A DNA stretch of 64,000 bases from Sphyrna mokarran (lineage: Eukaryota). Below are positions 60,960 to 64,000 of this stretch, one piece after another. The position numbers and the translations under genes are program-made. The notes beneath the pieces are model-generated. The model was not told where the DNA came from. It saw only the letters and a list, made by a program, of their open reading frames with translations, and made no database searches. Numbering within the stretch: the first letter of the stretch is position 1; the number at the start of each line of letters is the position of its first letter. The DNA is taken from positions 23,622,001 to 23,686,000 of the forward strand of contig JAGIQG010000019.1 of NCBI GenBank assembly GCA_024679065.1, read 5' to 3'.

Positions 60960-62326
60960 CTGTCAGGCTGAATGCATGGGACAGACACTACCGGCACAGC
61001 AGTACATTTTTCAACTAAGAGTTTACGAGCTTTTTTTGTCTTCTGCCTTGCCTTACATTTTGTTTTAGTTGCCTTGTTAGGTGAATCCTTTTTACATATG
61101 CCATTTTTCACTTCAGCTGGCTCATAAATGTTTAATGGCCTTCTCACGCACCCAGGGGGAGTGTGCACAGCACAGAAAGCAGTCTTTTTCACAGTGAATG
61201 TTGTTGTTCCATTGGATGCAGTTTCTTTAACAGGCTCCATTTTCATGTACAGACCTGCTTGTTGAGCACAAGTTACATGGAATGCCGTATAACAATTTGC
61301 TTTTTGGCACTGGATGCAAGCACCAAGCCCTTTCTGTTTGCAGAGGTAGCACGTCAACTTCCACCTGGCTGCTGGAATGTTCTTGACACCATCAATAGGC
61401 TCTATGAATACAGTGTTAGCAAATCCAACTTCAGGAACCCATAATGCACAAACAACATGACCCCACTGACCATCATCCGTCTTCTTGAAAGCACCACCCT
61501 TATTTGGGCACAAGATACAATCAACAGGTCGCGAAGGGGATTGCAAACAACGACGGCACAACCATTGTCCTTCAGGTATATAAGGAACTCCATAACATTC
61601 CTGATGCACTGCTAAATTACACATGTCACAAAACAATATTACATTACTGTTTTGACATTCGCCATCCATGCAAATACAACAAACAGCATCTTCATCAATT
61701 AATGACTGAGGATCACCTTGATTAGAGTTTTCAAAGTAAGATTCTTTCTCTAGTTTATCCATAAGGAACTCAAACACATTCTGTGAAACTGCACTCAAAC
61801 CATCACTTTTGCGCCTTTCATTAATCATTTCCAACCATGCATAATCCTCTTCATCCATATCGTATTCAACTTCATTATTGAGCTCCTCTGGAGATTTCTC
61901 AATGAGTCTGTAATAAGATGAAGGCCGACGAGGTGCTGAAGGTGGTTCATAATCTACTATTCTAAATCTGGGTTCTGGCAATGCATTCACTTGTGTTGGA
62001 GCTCCATGTGTACTCGGAGTAGTGGCATCCTTCTTTTTCACTTTATTAGATTTGTACCTTTTAGTCTTTACAAAAACAAGAGGACGCTCACTATTTTCCT
62101 TGTTGCTGTTACATTCAACAATTTCTTGGGCAGTTAGGTCATCTTCTGAAATGATCTCCAAAGGATCATAAATACTGATCCTGTGCAGCCGACCATCAAT
62201 CTCCATTTCAACCATTCGCTGTGCTTGAGCATATGTTAGCATTTCACGGCTTGGTGAATGCTTCAAGCTGCAAGGTGAAGCTGGACGCCTTGCTGTCCCT
62301 CGGTGGCACCTTCCTTTCCTTCTCAT
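60960..62326 (-). CDS. BRD1: BRD1/BRPF2 coding exon 1 (N-terminal HAT-binding region, EPC-I, PHD1-Zn knuckle-PHD2/PZP)
   Basis: [13 protein letters not shown]...[22 protein letters not shown]...[12 protein letters not shown]...[47 protein letters not shown] matches BRD1 rather than BRPF1/3 at the N-terminus. Acceptor ttcggcAG at 62342-62343 leaves 15 nt of 5'UTR; donor AG|gtgagt after 60960. 1367 coding nt, phase 2. Confidence 0.98.
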
Positions 62327-64000
62327 CGTTAATAAGGAAATCTGCCGAAAAATGATTAATCAAAAAGTCAAGAATAGCTATGCTAACAAAAGTTACAAAA
62401 GCATCACAATGACTATCCAGAAATTAGAATGGATCAAGTAATAAGACAAATAGGATGCAGCTGGACAATTCCACTCCCATGATCTCGCTGTTAAATAAAT
62501 ACTCAGATTTTTTTTTCAGTACTGTTTGTGATCAAAAGAGTCAAGGACTATTGGGATGGATAGGGGACAGATAGGAAAGTTATCACCATAATCAGATCAG
62601 CCATGACCTACTGAATGATGCAGTAGGCTTGATGGGCGTGATGTCCTAAATCTTGCTCCTAACTCTCGTGCATAAATCCAGCAACACCTTTCCATAACTG
62701 CCTCCACAACAATTATTCCTCATTACTAAACAACCCAAGACTAATTTCACTGACCTTGCCCCTTCCAAGTATTATCCATTTTCCAATAAAATATGGAATC
62801 ACTGTGTTAATTACTCCTTTGGTAAAGCATTTATATTCTACTTATCTGGAGTAAACTTTTTTCTAACCTCCTTCTAGCTTTTCCTGTTTCTATGGATATA
62901 GTATAAGCATTGCAGGATGTTGCAGTTGCTTAAAATTCCTTGAGTCTGCACTGCATACTTTTAATGGCTTTAATGAATTTTCTACAATAAGGTGCCAAAA
63001 ATATTACTTGAACTGGCCTAACGAATAGTTTGTATATTTTAATTATATTAACTCCATTATTCTACGTCCATAAAAGCCAAAATGCTTTATTTGAAAAAAA
63101 TGGTTTAAGCTAAGTGCAAGTCTGAAGTTCTAACATTTATCAGCTCATTTATCAATAATTGCTGAAATTATATCAAGTAAATCCCAAAGCAAATTGTACT
63201 ACTTTTGTTTCTTGTACTGTAATGTATAAATTTCATAATTTAATCCCTGTACAAATTATACCGAGTTTAAATGTTATTGAGATAAAAATAATCAAGTAAA
63301 TGCCTATGTTTAGTTCCAAAATGCACCCAAGATGTTGAGTTTGGACGAACCTTGCTGAATTCCTGCAGTGATCACAGAAAATGGTAAACTGCTAGTTTAA
63401 GTTTTCAAATTTCATGGTTCCTTGAGCACATCACCATTAAAGCTAAGTTCTGTCATCACCAAAAAAATACACACATACTTCTCAGCAGGGATCAATGGGT
63501 GATGAATAGAATGGGAATCTTCATCAATTTCTCTGGTTCTAAGCAAAGGTAGAGACATACTATTGTGTCCAATGCCCAAGCTGAGATCAGTCAACTGATT
63601 ACAAAACAAAAATTAAAATTGGGATCTCTGAACAGTAGCACTCACTTTACCAAGTGAAACAGAGGAACCCCTGGGTATTTTTTTTCCTAAATGAGCCTCA
63701 ATTTCACAAAAAATTTGAAGTCAACATATTTGGTTCCCACTATATACACCAGATCAAGCCCTTACTTGTTGTAACCTGAATTACGACTATTTTCAACCCT
63801 GGCAACCCTAATTAATATTCTAATCCAATATGTGCTCCAGCACAAGAATCACCTACTTCCATCCAATATTGCACACATTCAACTCCACTGTAGCCCATCT
63901 ATTGCTGAAACCACCACTGTGCTCTTCACTGGGCTAATGATAGGACAGCAAGAAGTCTCACAACACCAAGTCCAATATGTTCATTTGGGAGCACAAGTCA

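Noticed and set aside
60956-62326. Assignment to BRPF1 or BRPF3
   Set aside because: There is no N-terminal C2H2 finger, and the [10 protein letters not shown] start, WAKCSGYPSYPAL and SDLSDID terminus fit BRD1.
62344-64000. BRD1 promoter or CpG island
   Set aside because: The sequence is AT-rich and CpG-poor, and a splice acceptor lies 15 nt before the ATG, so this is intron; the promoter is outside the window.

Overview
Eukaryotic (vertebrate) genomic DNA, most likely from a shark or other elasmobranch, judged by abundant HE1/V-SINEs, DeuSINE (SacSINE1-like) copies, CR1/HER1-type LINE fragments and Penelope-like termini. The right half holds the complete coding region of BRD1 (BRPF2; HBO1/KAT7 scaffold with EPC, PZP, bromodomain and PWWP domains) on the minus strand. 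It has 12 coding exons from ATG 62326 to TGA 30472, all with GT-AG introns and consistent phases, giving a 3555-nt CDS (1184 aa), which corresponds to the long isoform. A putative 3'UTR of about 1.7 kb ends near 28800. The promoter and 5' non-coding exon lie outside the window. Positions 1-28.5 kb show no supportable coding gene and are a mosaic of transposon relics with a few candidate conserved non-coding elements. I did not find a convincing new multi-gene system. The most interesting observations are: (1) a TIR element carrying a near-identical copy of DNA from 1.9 kb away, plus a second locally templated insertion inside a LINE; (2) absence of the internal acceptor that makes mammalian BRD1-S; (3) inverted CR1 copies flanking a frame-preserving two-exon block; (4) a doubly interrupted SINE; (5) degenerate Penelope hammerhead ribozymes; (6) SINE tail swapping. 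Family names and comparisons with human BRD1 are from recall, not database searches.
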